From an uncultured Atopobium sp. (GTDB lineage: Bacteria > Actinomycetota > Coriobacteriia > Coriobacteriales > Atopobiaceae): 64,000 bases of DNA. Made by a program: the position numbers and the translations under genes. Below are positions 10,378 to 18,787 of this stretch, piece after piece; position 1 is the first letter of the stretch, and each line of letters starts with the position of its first letter. The stretch is taken from positions 14,287 to 78,286 of the forward strand of contig CAURGZ010000002.1 of assembly GCA_963524285.1 (NCBI GenBank), read 5' to 3'. A model generated the notes under the pieces. It was not told where the DNA came from. It did no database searches and saw only the letters and a list, made by a program, of their open reading frames with translations.

Positions 10378-11979
10378 TTAGCTAGCAGTAACTGTGTTGA
10401 CATCAATGAAGGACAGACCGGTGGTTCCGATACCCTTGAAGCCCTTGAGAGCAACGCCGTTGCTGTTTGGCTTCTCGCTCCAGGAAGCGGTGAAGGTCTT
10501 AGCAAAGAGAACTGGGTACAGAGGTACGTTCTCAGCGATGATGTCGAAGCACTCGTTCCAAGTGGACTGCTGATCGGCACCAGACTGGCCAAGAGCCTTG
10601 GTCATGAGATCGTGGAGCTTGGTCCACTCAGCGGACTCCTTCCATGGGCAACGCTTGGTCATCCAGACGTTATCGCCATACCACCAGTTGAGCAACAGGT
10701 CGACGTCTGCACCGAAGCAGGAAGGATCGCCAGGGGCAAGCAGGATGTCCCAAGAGCCGTCAACTGCGTCAATTGCAGCATAGGTTGCTGGAGAAGTATC
10801 GGAAACGATGCTTACATTAAAGCCAAGTGCATCAAGGTCGTTCTTGACCTGAGTTGCCATGGACTTAACCTGCTCGTTATCGGTGGTGCGGAGAACAACA
10901 TCACCAGGAGTGATGCCAGACTCAGAAATGAGCTTCTTAGCCTTATCAACATCGTGTGCATAGACAGTGGATGCCTTGTGATAGTTAGCAAAGGAAGAAG
11001 GAAGGTAGCTGGTAGCAACCTCAGCCTGGCCAGAGAATGCGTTTGCAAGCATCTTGTCTGTATCAAGTGCATAGAGGCATGCCTGGCGAACCTTAACGTT
11101 GTCCCAAGGAGCCTTGCCAAGGTTGAACATTGCAAAGCGGACACCAAAGCCCTGAACAGCGTCAACGGTGCAGCCTGCGCCCTTGAGCTGATCTACAGCG
11201 TCTGCAGGAACCATTTCCATAGCAAGGGTGGTTCCGTCCTGCTGAGCGGTCAGACGAGCGGTTGGATCCTTAAGGACGTCATAGTGGAGCTTATCGTCCT
11301 TAGCAGGAGTTGCGCCGTTGTAGTTTTTGTTAGGAACAAGGTCAAGAGTGTTGTCAGAGATGGACTCAAACTGCCATGGACCAGAACCAACTGGCTGCTT
11401 CTTCATCTCATCCTGAGAGCTGCTTGCTGGAACAACGCGAACAATAGACAGGCGCTCCTTGAGGAGGGAGAAGTTAGCAATAGTGGTCTTAACGGTGACG
11501 GTCTTGTCATCCTTCTTCTCTACGGAAGCAATTGGAGCGAGCATTGGGACGTAAACGCTACCCTTAGCAGCGGAACGGTTGAAGGACTCAACAACGTCAT
11601 CAGCCTTTACCTCGTTACCATCAGAGAACTTTGCGCCGTCACGGAGGGTAATCTCAAAGGTGTAATCGTCAACCTTCTTAGGATCAGCAGTAGCCAGCTC
11701 ATTGAATGTTGAGTAGTCGTGGAAGTTAAGACCGTAGAGGCCCTCAACTACCTGCCAGTTAACACCAAGAGCAAGTGCTGATGAAGTAGTAGATGGATCA
11801 TAGTTCTGGGTTGAATAAGCGGTACCAGCAGTAATTGTGCCGCCGCCTTCCTTTCCAGATGGAGCTTCAGCTGCCTTCTGCTGTCCGCCACCACAAGCGG
11901 TGAGACCAAGACCAGCTGCTACAGTTGCTCCGCCAAGGAAGCCGCGACGCGAAAGTGGACGGTTAATAAACTCGCTCAT
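10378..11979 (-). CDS. ABC substrate-binding lipoprotein, family 5 (probable sialic-acid binding)
   Basis: SRRGFLG twin-Arg signal, LTAC lipobox, SBP_bac_5 motifs; first gene of the nan cluster. Confidence 0.85.
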   Translation of the reverse strand: MSEFINRPLSRRGFLGGATVAAGLGLTACGGGQQKAAEAPSGKEGGGTITAGTAYSTQNYDPSTTSSALALGVNWQVVEGLYGLNFHDYSTFNELATADPKKVDDYTFEITLRDGAKFSDGNEVKADDVVESFNRSAAKGSVYVPMLAPIASVEKKDDKTVTVKTTIANFSLLKERLSIVRVVPASSSQDEMKKQPVGSGPWQFESISDNTLDLVPNKNYNGATPAKDDKLHYDVLKDPTARLTAQQDGTTLAMEMVPADAVDQLKGAGCTVDAVQGFGVRFAMFNLGKAPWDNVKVRQACLYALDTDKMLANAFSGQAEVATSYLPSSFANYHKASTVYAHDVDKAKKLISESGITPGDVVLRTTDNEQVKSMATQVKNDLDALGFNVSIVSDTSPATYAAIDAVDGSWDILLAPGDPSCFGADVDLLLNWWYGDNVWMTKRCPWKESAEWTKLHDLMTKALGQSGADQQSTWNECFDIIAENVPLYPVLFAKTFTASWSEKPNSNGVALKGFKGIGTTGLSFIDVNTVTAS

Positions 11980-12340
11980 TTCTGCCTCTTTCTAAAAACT
12001 CTCCTTGCCACAACGTGGCACCAATGCCACTTGTGTGGCTTACATCTATATAACTATATGAAGAAAAGATATTTCCTCTGAACACAGTTCGCCCAACGGT
12101 ATAAAAATATCGCCCATTGGCTGCTCAAAATATGAAAACGTGTTTTGTTGTATTATTTACTACATATAAATCTTAATAGCAGCTAAGAAGGCCCGCAGAT
12201 AGCGGGCTTTACTATTATTTTACCTTGTATAATATATAAATTATTTAACTAACTACACAAGTAGTAAGCAAAGTCAACTACCGTTTACCGATGTTTTACT
12301 ACCGTTTGCCTTTAGAAATTACGGATATGTTGTGAAGATT

Positions 12341-12378
12341 AAACAAGAGTCAGCCCAAATTGAACTGACTCTTGTTTT
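12341..12378 (-). terminator. Intrinsic terminator (possibly bidirectional)
   Basis: AAACAAGAGTCAG...CTGACTCTTGTTT inverted repeat just after the 12402 ORF. Confidence 0.75.
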
Positions 12379-12401
12379 AGAACAGCGAAAACACCGCAAA
12401 A

Positions 12402-13052
12402 TTACTTGGTTAAATCCAGGATTCGTTCAGGATTTGCCATAAAGTCCAAGTGTTCTTCCCCTAATCGGAAGCTAATAATTTCCGATACGTGATATGCATC
12501 TTCTTTTATAACTTCGAAATCTCCGTCAGCTGGACTATAGCGGCCATAATAACCATCTGATCGGTAGCTTGGAGGCCATCCATTTTCTCCTGCAACTGAC
12601 CAAACCAAGCACGGTAATTTTTGCTTATTCATTTCTTGTAACAGCCCAGCATTCCTTGTTTGAATCCACAGTTCTGATGAAGATCCCGTAAATGCGCTTA
12701 TAGCAAAGACTCCCAAATCTTGCTCAACAGTTCCAATAAGAACTCCATGAGAACTTATTGTCCAATAGAGCGTTATGTTCATTACTACTGGGCCATCTTT
12801 GCTAACGCCCAAAAACGGGCCAGCAATCTCTGTATCTTCCAAGTTAATGTTATCAACAGAAGTAAAATCTGACTTTGAACCGTTTTTACAAGCATTATAT
12901 TGTTGCACAACATACTGAGCTGCCTGCTTTTTTAACTCTGGCAGTCTCATAGTATTCAACTTAAAAATCCAGTTATTTATCAGCAAACCACAAATAACAA
13001 GAACTACCAATAATGACAGACCTTTTATAAATCTTTTTCTACGCTGCATCAT
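12402..13052 (-). CDS. Hypothetical membrane-anchored protein, paralog 1
   Basis: Basic N-terminus plus one hydrophobic segment; SD GAGGT; paralog of 13251..13898. Confidence 0.8.
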   Translation of the reverse strand: MMQRRKRFIKGLSLLVVLVICGLLINNWIFKLNTMRLPELKKQAAQYVVQQYNACKNGSKSDFTSVDNINLEDTEIAGPFLGVSKDGPVVMNITLYWTISSHGVLIGTVEQDLGVFAISAFTGSSSELWIQTRNAGLLQEMNKQKLPCLVWSVAGENGWPPSYRSDGYYGRYSPADGDFEVIKEDAYHVSEIISFRLGEEHLDFMANPERILDLTK

Positions 13053-13233
13053 CAGTTACCTCACTTAAGTCTGTAGTTGGCGCTAACACGGGAACAATAT
13101 TTGGATTTAAGACTTTTCTAGCAATGCCTTTTTGATCAAATTCATACACAACACCGTCTATTCTTGCCTTTTGTCCAACTACCATTGAACCCTTAGGTCC
13201 ACCGAAAGGAACATTTTTCTTAGTTCTAAAGAA
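13039..13233 (-). pseudogene. Orphan 3' fragment of a cell-wall-binding-repeat protein
   Basis: Own translation: FFRTKKNVPFGGPKGSMVVGQKARIDGVVYEFDQKGIARK...EVTDDAA*. IDGxxYxFDxxG resembles CW/choline-binding repeats. No good start; stop overlaps the 5' end of the 13052 gene. Confidence 0.55.
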
Positions 13234-13250
13234 GAGAAAACACCTCGAAA

Positions 13251-13898
13251 TTACTTAACTAAATCTACAACACGCTCAGGATTTGCCATAAAGTCCAAGT
13301 GTTCTTCCCCTAATCGGAAGCTAATAATTTCCGATACGTGATAATCTTCTTTTATAATTTCGAAATATCCGTCATCTGGGCTATAACTTCCTAAATAACC
13401 ATCAGCTAGATACGGTGGCGGCCATCCACTTAACCCTAAGCCACAAAAACTTCTAACTAGACATCTATAATTTCTATTATGCATTTCTTGTAACAGCCCA
13501 GCGTTCCTTGTTTGAATCCACATTTTTGGAGTTCCAAAATAAGACCCAATGGCGAATAGCCCCAAATCTTGCTCAACAGTACCAACAACCGTTTCTTGAG
13601 AGCTTATTACCCAATATAAATCTACATTCAACATAAGTAGGTTAGCTTGACTGACTCCTAAAAATGGGCCAGAAATAGTAGCAGTCTCTAAGTCAATATT
13701 TCCTGCGGATCCAAAATCAGACTTAAGACCATTTCTCTTATTCTCATATTGTTGCTCAACATACTGAGCTGCCTGCTTTTTTAACTCTGGCAGTCTCATA
13801 GTATTCAACTTAAAAAACCAGTTATTTATCAGCAAACCACAAATAACAAGAACTATCAATAATGACAAATCTTTTATAAACCTTTTTCTACGCTGCAT
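13251..13898 (-). CDS. Hypothetical membrane-anchored protein, paralog 2
   Basis: Same architecture as 12402..13052; SD GAGGT. Confidence 0.8.
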   Translation of the reverse strand: MQRRKRFIKDLSLLIVLVICGLLINNWFFKLNTMRLPELKKQAAQYVEQQYENKRNGLKSDFGSAGNIDLETATISGPFLGVSQANLLMLNVDLYWVISSQETVVGTVEQDLGLFAIGSYFGTPKMWIQTRNAGLLQEMHNRNYRCLVRSFCGLGLSGWPPPYLADGYLGSYSPDDGYFEIIKEDYHVSEIISFRLGEEHLDFMANPERVVDLVK

Positions 13899-14031
13899 CT
13901 GCTGTCACCTCATTAGAACTGCTTGTCGCAATTGACATAAGAGTAATGACTGGGTAGCTCTAATGATATTCCGTGCGAGTATGCTTTAGCAGTACATCTG
14001 TCGGCCAATGGCTATATTTCAGCGTTGAATG

Positions 14032-14080
14032 AAAAAAAATAAGAATGGCATAACAACACTTCATAGCTGCCATTCTTATT
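14032..14080 (-). terminator. Intrinsic terminator of the uvrA-uvrC operon
   Basis: AATAAGAATGGCA...TGCCATTCTTATT stem with A-run on + (U-tract on -). Confidence 0.7.
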
Positions 14081-14108
14081 ACAAATAACTCTATTGTTTG
14101 ATTTGGTT

Positions 14109-14342
14109 TTAGAGATTGTGCTTCTTCATCCTTTGCTCAAAGAGCTCGTTGATGATCTTTGACATCTCTTCAACTTGTTGAGCACTAGGTTCATCCTCAA
14201 ATGCAGCGTAAAGCTCTGGATACTCCCGAGCAATATACTCACAAGACTTACCTGTTGCGTGTCCACGAACAAAGAACGGAATACGCTTAATGTATTCTGG
14301 ATTCACGAGTGCCAAGATTTTCTCGTCTGCTGTTTTACTCAT
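14109..14342 (-). CDS. Small hypothetical protein (77 aa)
   Basis: Overlaps the uvrC stop; SD GGAGG; contains RIPFFVR. Confidence 0.75.
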   Translation of the reverse strand: MSKTADEKILALVNPEYIKRIPFFVRGHATGKSCEYIAREYPELYAAFEDEPSAQQVEEMSKIINELFEQRMKKHNL

Positions 14343-16392
14343 GAGTTCCTCCCCTTGTATCTAGCTTCTCATGTACAGTCATGGAAGATTCTTCCCAAGC
14401 TTTGAGCTCTTCATAAATAGTTTCTGCCAAGTTCACAGAAACACCTTTTACCTGAGAGATATCCTCAACACTTGCAGCCTTTAAGCGCTTAAAAGAGCCA
14501 AAATGGCGCATGATATCTTTTTTGCGTTTAGGTCCTACACCAGGGATTTCATCCAGAATAGAGACAGTCATTGCCTTATCTCTAAGCTCACGGTGGAACG
14601 TAATTGCAAAACGGTGAGACTCATCACGGACTTGCTTGATGAGATACAGAGAAGCTGACCCTGTAGGCAACACGATTGGCGTGTCGTCCCAAGGTACAAA
14701 GACTTCCTCATCAGACTTAGCAAGGCCGCAGACAGGAATATCCAACCCCAGCTCGTTAAGCTGATTGATTGCGGCGGTCAGCTGAGGTTTACCACCATCA
14801 ACCACCAGCAAATCAGGTCGCGAGCCAAAGCGCTCATCAGCCATACGCTCCGGACTGTACCTTCTGCCCAGGACTTCTGTCATTGAGACAAAGTCGTTAG
14901 CTTCATCAAGCTCAGCACGAATCTTAAAGCGGCGGTACTGGCTTTTATCAGCCTTTCCATTAGTAAAAACCACCATCGATGCAACGGTAAAGTTACCGTG
15001 AAGCGTAGAGATATCAAAGCACTCAATGCGCAGCGGCGGTGCATCAAGCGCAAGTGCACTTTCCAGCTGAAGAAGTGCCTGATTAGTACGGTCATCGGCA
15101 TAGCCCGTGCGAATCATGTGGCGCATCAGCGCATGACGAGCGTTAGCGGAAGCCATCTGGAGAAGACGGAACTTCTCGCCACGTTGTGGGTGGTGAAGCA
15201 CGCAGTTGTGACCTCGTTTTTGCGTCAGCCACTCGGACAAAACCTCTGCGTCGAGAAGATCGATGGGCAGGTTAACCTCTGCGGGAATGTCAGCGGTTTC
15301 GTCGTAGTAGCGCTTTAGAAAGCCCGAAACCAGCTCTTCCTCGGAAACGTCCAAGCCTTTGTCCAGGATAAACTCAACCGAGCGAATGGTGCGACCTTCT
15401 CGCACAACAAACACGCAGGCAGCGGAGATGGTTTCTTCTCGGTAAATGCCAATAAGGTCAATGTTGACTGAGGTAGGAAACGTGACTTGCTGGCGGTCAT
15501 CAAGATCAGAGAGTGAAGTCAGACGGGACTTGAGCCGAGCTGCCTTCTCAAAATCCAGGTCAGCGGCGGCTTCTTGCATCTGGTCTTTGAGCTCAGAGAC
15601 AATCTCGGAGCGATTTCCGCGGAGGAAGTTCTCTACCTGCCTGACATTCTTTGCATAGGAAACGGTGTCAATGGCGCCCACGCACACACCAGGACCCTTG
15701 CCTACGTGGTAGTCGAAACAGGGACGCCCCTTCTTTGCCAGCAGCAGGTTAGCAACGGCCGCTCCGTCAGGGTCTTTTTCTAGCAGACGTTTAGCGCGCT
15801 TCCACTCTACACACGTAGCGGAGCAGATAGGTACTACTTTTCTGAGTGTCTCAATAGTCTGGCGCGCAGCGTAGGAATCAGTGTAGGGACCAAAATAACG
15901 TGTCCCCTTCTTGTGTTTCTCCCGCGTGTATTTAATTGCTGGGAAGGTATCTGACTCTGTAATGGCAATGTAGGGATAGCTCTTATCGTCTTTAAAGTCC
16001 ACGTTGAAGTATGGACGATACTGAGCAATAAGATTGCGCTCCAACACCAATGCCTCGTGCTCGTTTTCTACAACGATGTAATCAAAACTACGTACAACCT
16101 GCATCATCAGAGGAATTTTGGCACGGTCATCTTGAAGCGTAACGTACTGCCTCATGCGAGCACGCAGGTTTTTAGCTTTGCCTACATAGATAACCTTGCC
16201 GGAACCATCTTTCCAGAGGTAACAACCTGGATCAGTGGGAACCTGATCAACCTGCTCTCTAATGGATACCAGGTCATCTGAAGGTTCGGAAGAAAATGAC
16301 GGTGCAAGACCTGGTGCCCCCGAAGGTACGTAGTTGGGATCAAGATTGTTCTGAGAGTTATCTTTGCCGCCTCTGGCACCGCTTTTGGCCAT
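14335..16392 (-). CDS. uvrC: Excinuclease ABC subunit C
   Basis: GIY-YIG (PGCY...IYVGKAKNLR), IECFDIS, DGGKPQ, RDESHRFA, HhH domain. Confidence 0.97.
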   Translation of the reverse strand: MAKSGARGGKDNSQNNLDPNYVPSGAPGLAPSFSSEPSDDLVSIREQVDQVPTDPGCYLWKDGSGKVIYVGKAKNLRARMRQYVTLQDDRAKIPLMMQVVRSFDYIVVENEHEALVLERNLIAQYRPYFNVDFKDDKSYPYIAITESDTFPAIKYTREKHKKGTRYFGPYTDSYAARQTIETLRKVVPICSATCVEWKRAKRLLEKDPDGAAVANLLLAKKGRPCFDYHVGKGPGVCVGAIDTVSYAKNVRQVENFLRGNRSEIVSELKDQMQEAAADLDFEKAARLKSRLTSLSDLDDRQQVTFPTSVNIDLIGIYREETISAACVFVVREGRTIRSVEFILDKGLDVSEEELVSGFLKRYYDETADIPAEVNLPIDLLDAEVLSEWLTQKRGHNCVLHHPQRGEKFRLLQMASANARHALMRHMIRTGYADDRTNQALLQLESALALDAPPLRIECFDISTLHGNFTVASMVVFTNGKADKSQYRRFKIRAELDEANDFVSMTEVLGRRYSPERMADERFGSRPDLLVVDGGKPQLTAAINQLNELGLDIPVCGLAKSDEEVFVPWDDTPIVLPTGSASLYLIKQVRDESHRFAITFHRELRDKAMTVSILDEIPGVGPKRKKDIMRHFGSFKRLKAASVEDISQVKGVSVNLAETIYEELKAWEESSMTVHEKLDTRGGTHE

Positions 16393-16393
16393 G

Positions 16394-18277
16394 CTATGAC
16401 CTTACGCGAGAAACCAGTGAACGAAGCATGGTGGACTCTGGTGATTTAAAGAGGATTGCCAAGCCATAGGTAACTAAAACAGCTGGAATACCTGCAAAGA
16501 TGCAATACAGCACGCCGTAAAGTGCTCGTCCCTCTGGTGCGCCAATAACAGCGCGCAGACCCACCATGATAAGAAGTGCCGCAGCTGATCCCGTGAGGCC
16601 AAAAAGAATTGAGCGGACAAACGCAAACACCATAGACTTAAGTCCAATCTGACCAAGGTGCTTACGCAAGCTAATCAACATAATGGTGTCAATAACCACG
16701 TAGAAGATGGCCGAGGTAGTTGCTACAAACATCATGCCAAAGTGAGAAGTACCCACCAGCAGCACCAAAACCTGGACGACAGAACCGAGTGTTGCCGATA
16801 CTGCGTAGAGCGTCATGCGACGCATAGCAGAACAGACTTTTTGCAGGTACATACCAATGCCATACAGAGGCAAAGCAAGCGACTGACCAATCAAGAATTG
16901 CTGGGTTAACAGCAGCTGATCTTCAGTGAACTTGCTTGCTCCAATAATAGAGACAAGAGGCATCGAGAAAATCATCAGATACATCATGAACGGCACGGTA
17001 AAGAAAAGAATCTGGTTAATACCGTGTTTAAAGTCCTTCTTGAATTGATCCATATTCTCTTTTGCCCAGCTATCAGACAGCTCGGTAAAGAGAGCTGTGG
17101 TAATAGGTACCGTCAAAATGGAATATGGCAGCGTGTACCAAAGACGAGCGTATGCCGCAATGGAAGCGCCAGATGCGGAAACGCTGAGCTGCGAGCTTGT
17201 CTGCACCGACATAGTTACAAACGTGGCAACCACAACAATCAGAGCAGGCGCGCCAATCTTAAGCGTCTCTTTAAGCGCGGGGTCTTTGAGGTTAATTCTC
17301 CACGAGAGCTTAATCCCCTTGCGTTTAAGTGAGGGAACCTGAATCAGAACCTGAATCAATACGCCCAGCGGATTTCCCAGTGCAAGAATTAGAAGACCCA
17401 GCTCAGGATTAGTATTAACCAAGAAAGCATACGCAAAGAACGATGCCGTGGTCACAAAGTTATTAAAAATAGGTGCTGCGGCTGGCCAGAGGTAGTCTCG
17501 CTCTGCATTCAAAACACCAGAGAAAATGGTGGAGAAACAATACAGCATAACCTCAATAACAAAGAACCTAAAGAAGTACACTGCCAGCGTTGGGTCAAAA
17601 TCAGCACCTGCCGAGAAGGACTGTGTATACACCACTTCTGCAGCAAAGAAGAAACCTAGAACAGCAACAAGTCCAGTTGCGACAACAACAATGGAAAGCA
17701 GGTTGGAGGTGTAAGCATTTGCCTCATCCTGTCCAACTTTTTTCTTAATAGAGAGATATACCGGCAAGAAAGCTGTGGTAAGCATACCTGCGCCAACAAG
17801 CTCATAGAGCTGGTCAGGAAGGGTATTTGCAATGGAATAGCAGCTTGCAAGAACGGTTGCGCCCATAGCAAACGCCTGAGCCCAGGTTCTTAAGAAACCC
17901 GTAATGCGACTAATCAAAACAAGCACGCTCATCATAGAGGTAGAACGGCTCAAATCCTTCTGCTTAGAGGCGTCATCTTCATCGGCAGACACTTCTTCAC
18001 TATAAGAGCTGTCTGAAACGGAGCTGTCCTCTGTAGCAAAAGCATCTTTTACTGCTAAGCCATTCTCCTCAGCAGCAACTTCCTCGAGTTTCTGACTTAC
18101 AATCTGCTCAAAGGCTTCATCCTCAATTGGTTGATGAAACGTCTCTGGAACAACAATGTTGTCCACTACAGGAGGCTCATCAAAGGTCTGATCAAGAGCC
18201 TTGCTCAGAGTTTCTTCAGATAAGGTTCCATCAGAAGACTCTGCTGAAAGTCGCATATGTTTGGGCTGATATGCCAC
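16394..18277 (-). CDS. murJ: Lipid II flippase MurJ/MviN with acidic N-terminal extension
   Basis: ISRITGFLR, ANTLPDQLYEL..G, many TM helices. Confidence 0.88.
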   Translation of the reverse strand: MAYQPKHMRLSAESSDGTLSEETLSKALDQTFDEPPVVDNIVVPETFHQPIEDEAFEQIVSQKLEEVAAEENGLAVKDAFATEDSSVSDSSYSEEVSADEDDASKQKDLSRSTSMMSVLVLISRITGFLRTWAQAFAMGATVLASCYSIANTLPDQLYELVGAGMLTTAFLPVYLSIKKKVGQDEANAYTSNLLSIVVVATGLVAVLGFFFAAEVVYTQSFSAGADFDPTLAVYFFRFFVIEVMLYCFSTIFSGVLNAERDYLWPAAAPIFNNFVTTASFFAYAFLVNTNPELGLLILALGNPLGVLIQVLIQVPSLKRKGIKLSWRINLKDPALKETLKIGAPALIVVVATFVTMSVQTSSQLSVSASGASIAAYARLWYTLPYSILTVPITTALFTELSDSWAKENMDQFKKDFKHGINQILFFTVPFMMYLMIFSMPLVSIIGASKFTEDQLLLTQQFLIGQSLALPLYGIGMYLQKVCSAMRRMTLYAVSATLGSVVQVLVLLVGTSHFGMMFVATTSAIFYVVIDTIMLISLRKHLGQIGLKSMVFAFVRSILFGLTGSAAALLIMVGLRAVIGAPEGRALYGVLYCIFAGIPAVLVTYGLAILFKSPESTMLRSLVSRVRS

Positions 18278-18786
18278 TAGTGCACCTCGCGAACAATATC
18301 TGCAAACGTAGCCGATACAAATGAAGCTAAATCTTCTGGAGAAAGCGTTAAACTGAGTCCACGTTTTCCACCAGAGATATGGATGAGCTCAAAAAGCTGA
18401 GCGGTCTCGTCAATTATAGTGGGAAACTGCTTTTTCATACCAACGGGAGTGCAGCCGCCACGAACATAGCCCGTTAAGCCCTCAAGCTCTTTAACAGGCA
18501 GCATGGAGAGGTTCTTTTGACCGGATGCCGCTGCAGCCTTTTTAAGATCAAGCTCTTGGTCTACAGGAATACAACAGACCACATGCTCTCCGCTTGAAGA
18601 TACACAGACAAGCGTTTTGAATGCAGCGTCTGGATCTTCTCCAAGCATCTCTGCAATATGAGTACCCAACTCTCCAGAAGGAACGTCTTCGTCTACCTCG
18701 TAAGATTGGAACTCGTAAGCAATATTGGCAGCATCAAGCTCCCTCATTGCATTTGTCTTTTGAACCTTTGCTGTTTTTCTCGCCAT
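18277..18786 (-). CDS. ybaK: Cys-tRNA(Pro) deacylase YbaK/EbsC
   Basis: KTNAMR, FKTLV, TGYVRGGCTPVG, SGGKRG. Confidence 0.92.
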   Translation of the reverse strand: MARKTAKVQKTNAMRELDAANIAYEFQSYEVDEDVPSGELGTHIAEMLGEDPDAAFKTLVCVSSSGEHVVCCIPVDQELDLKKAAAASGQKNLSMLPVKELEGLTGYVRGGCTPVGMKKQFPTIIDETAQLFELIHISGGKRGLSLTLSPEDLASFVSATFADIVREVH

Positions 18787-18787
18787 G

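Noticed and set aside
2834..11712. Long + strand ORFs (2834..3727, 4374..5258, 7792..8799, 10612..11712)
   Set aside because: All lie antisense to well-supported nan cluster genes and are explained by codon bias.
12000..14100. AT-rich region as a CRISPR array or mobile element
   Set aside because: No regularly spaced short repeats, transposase, integrase or terminal repeats seen.
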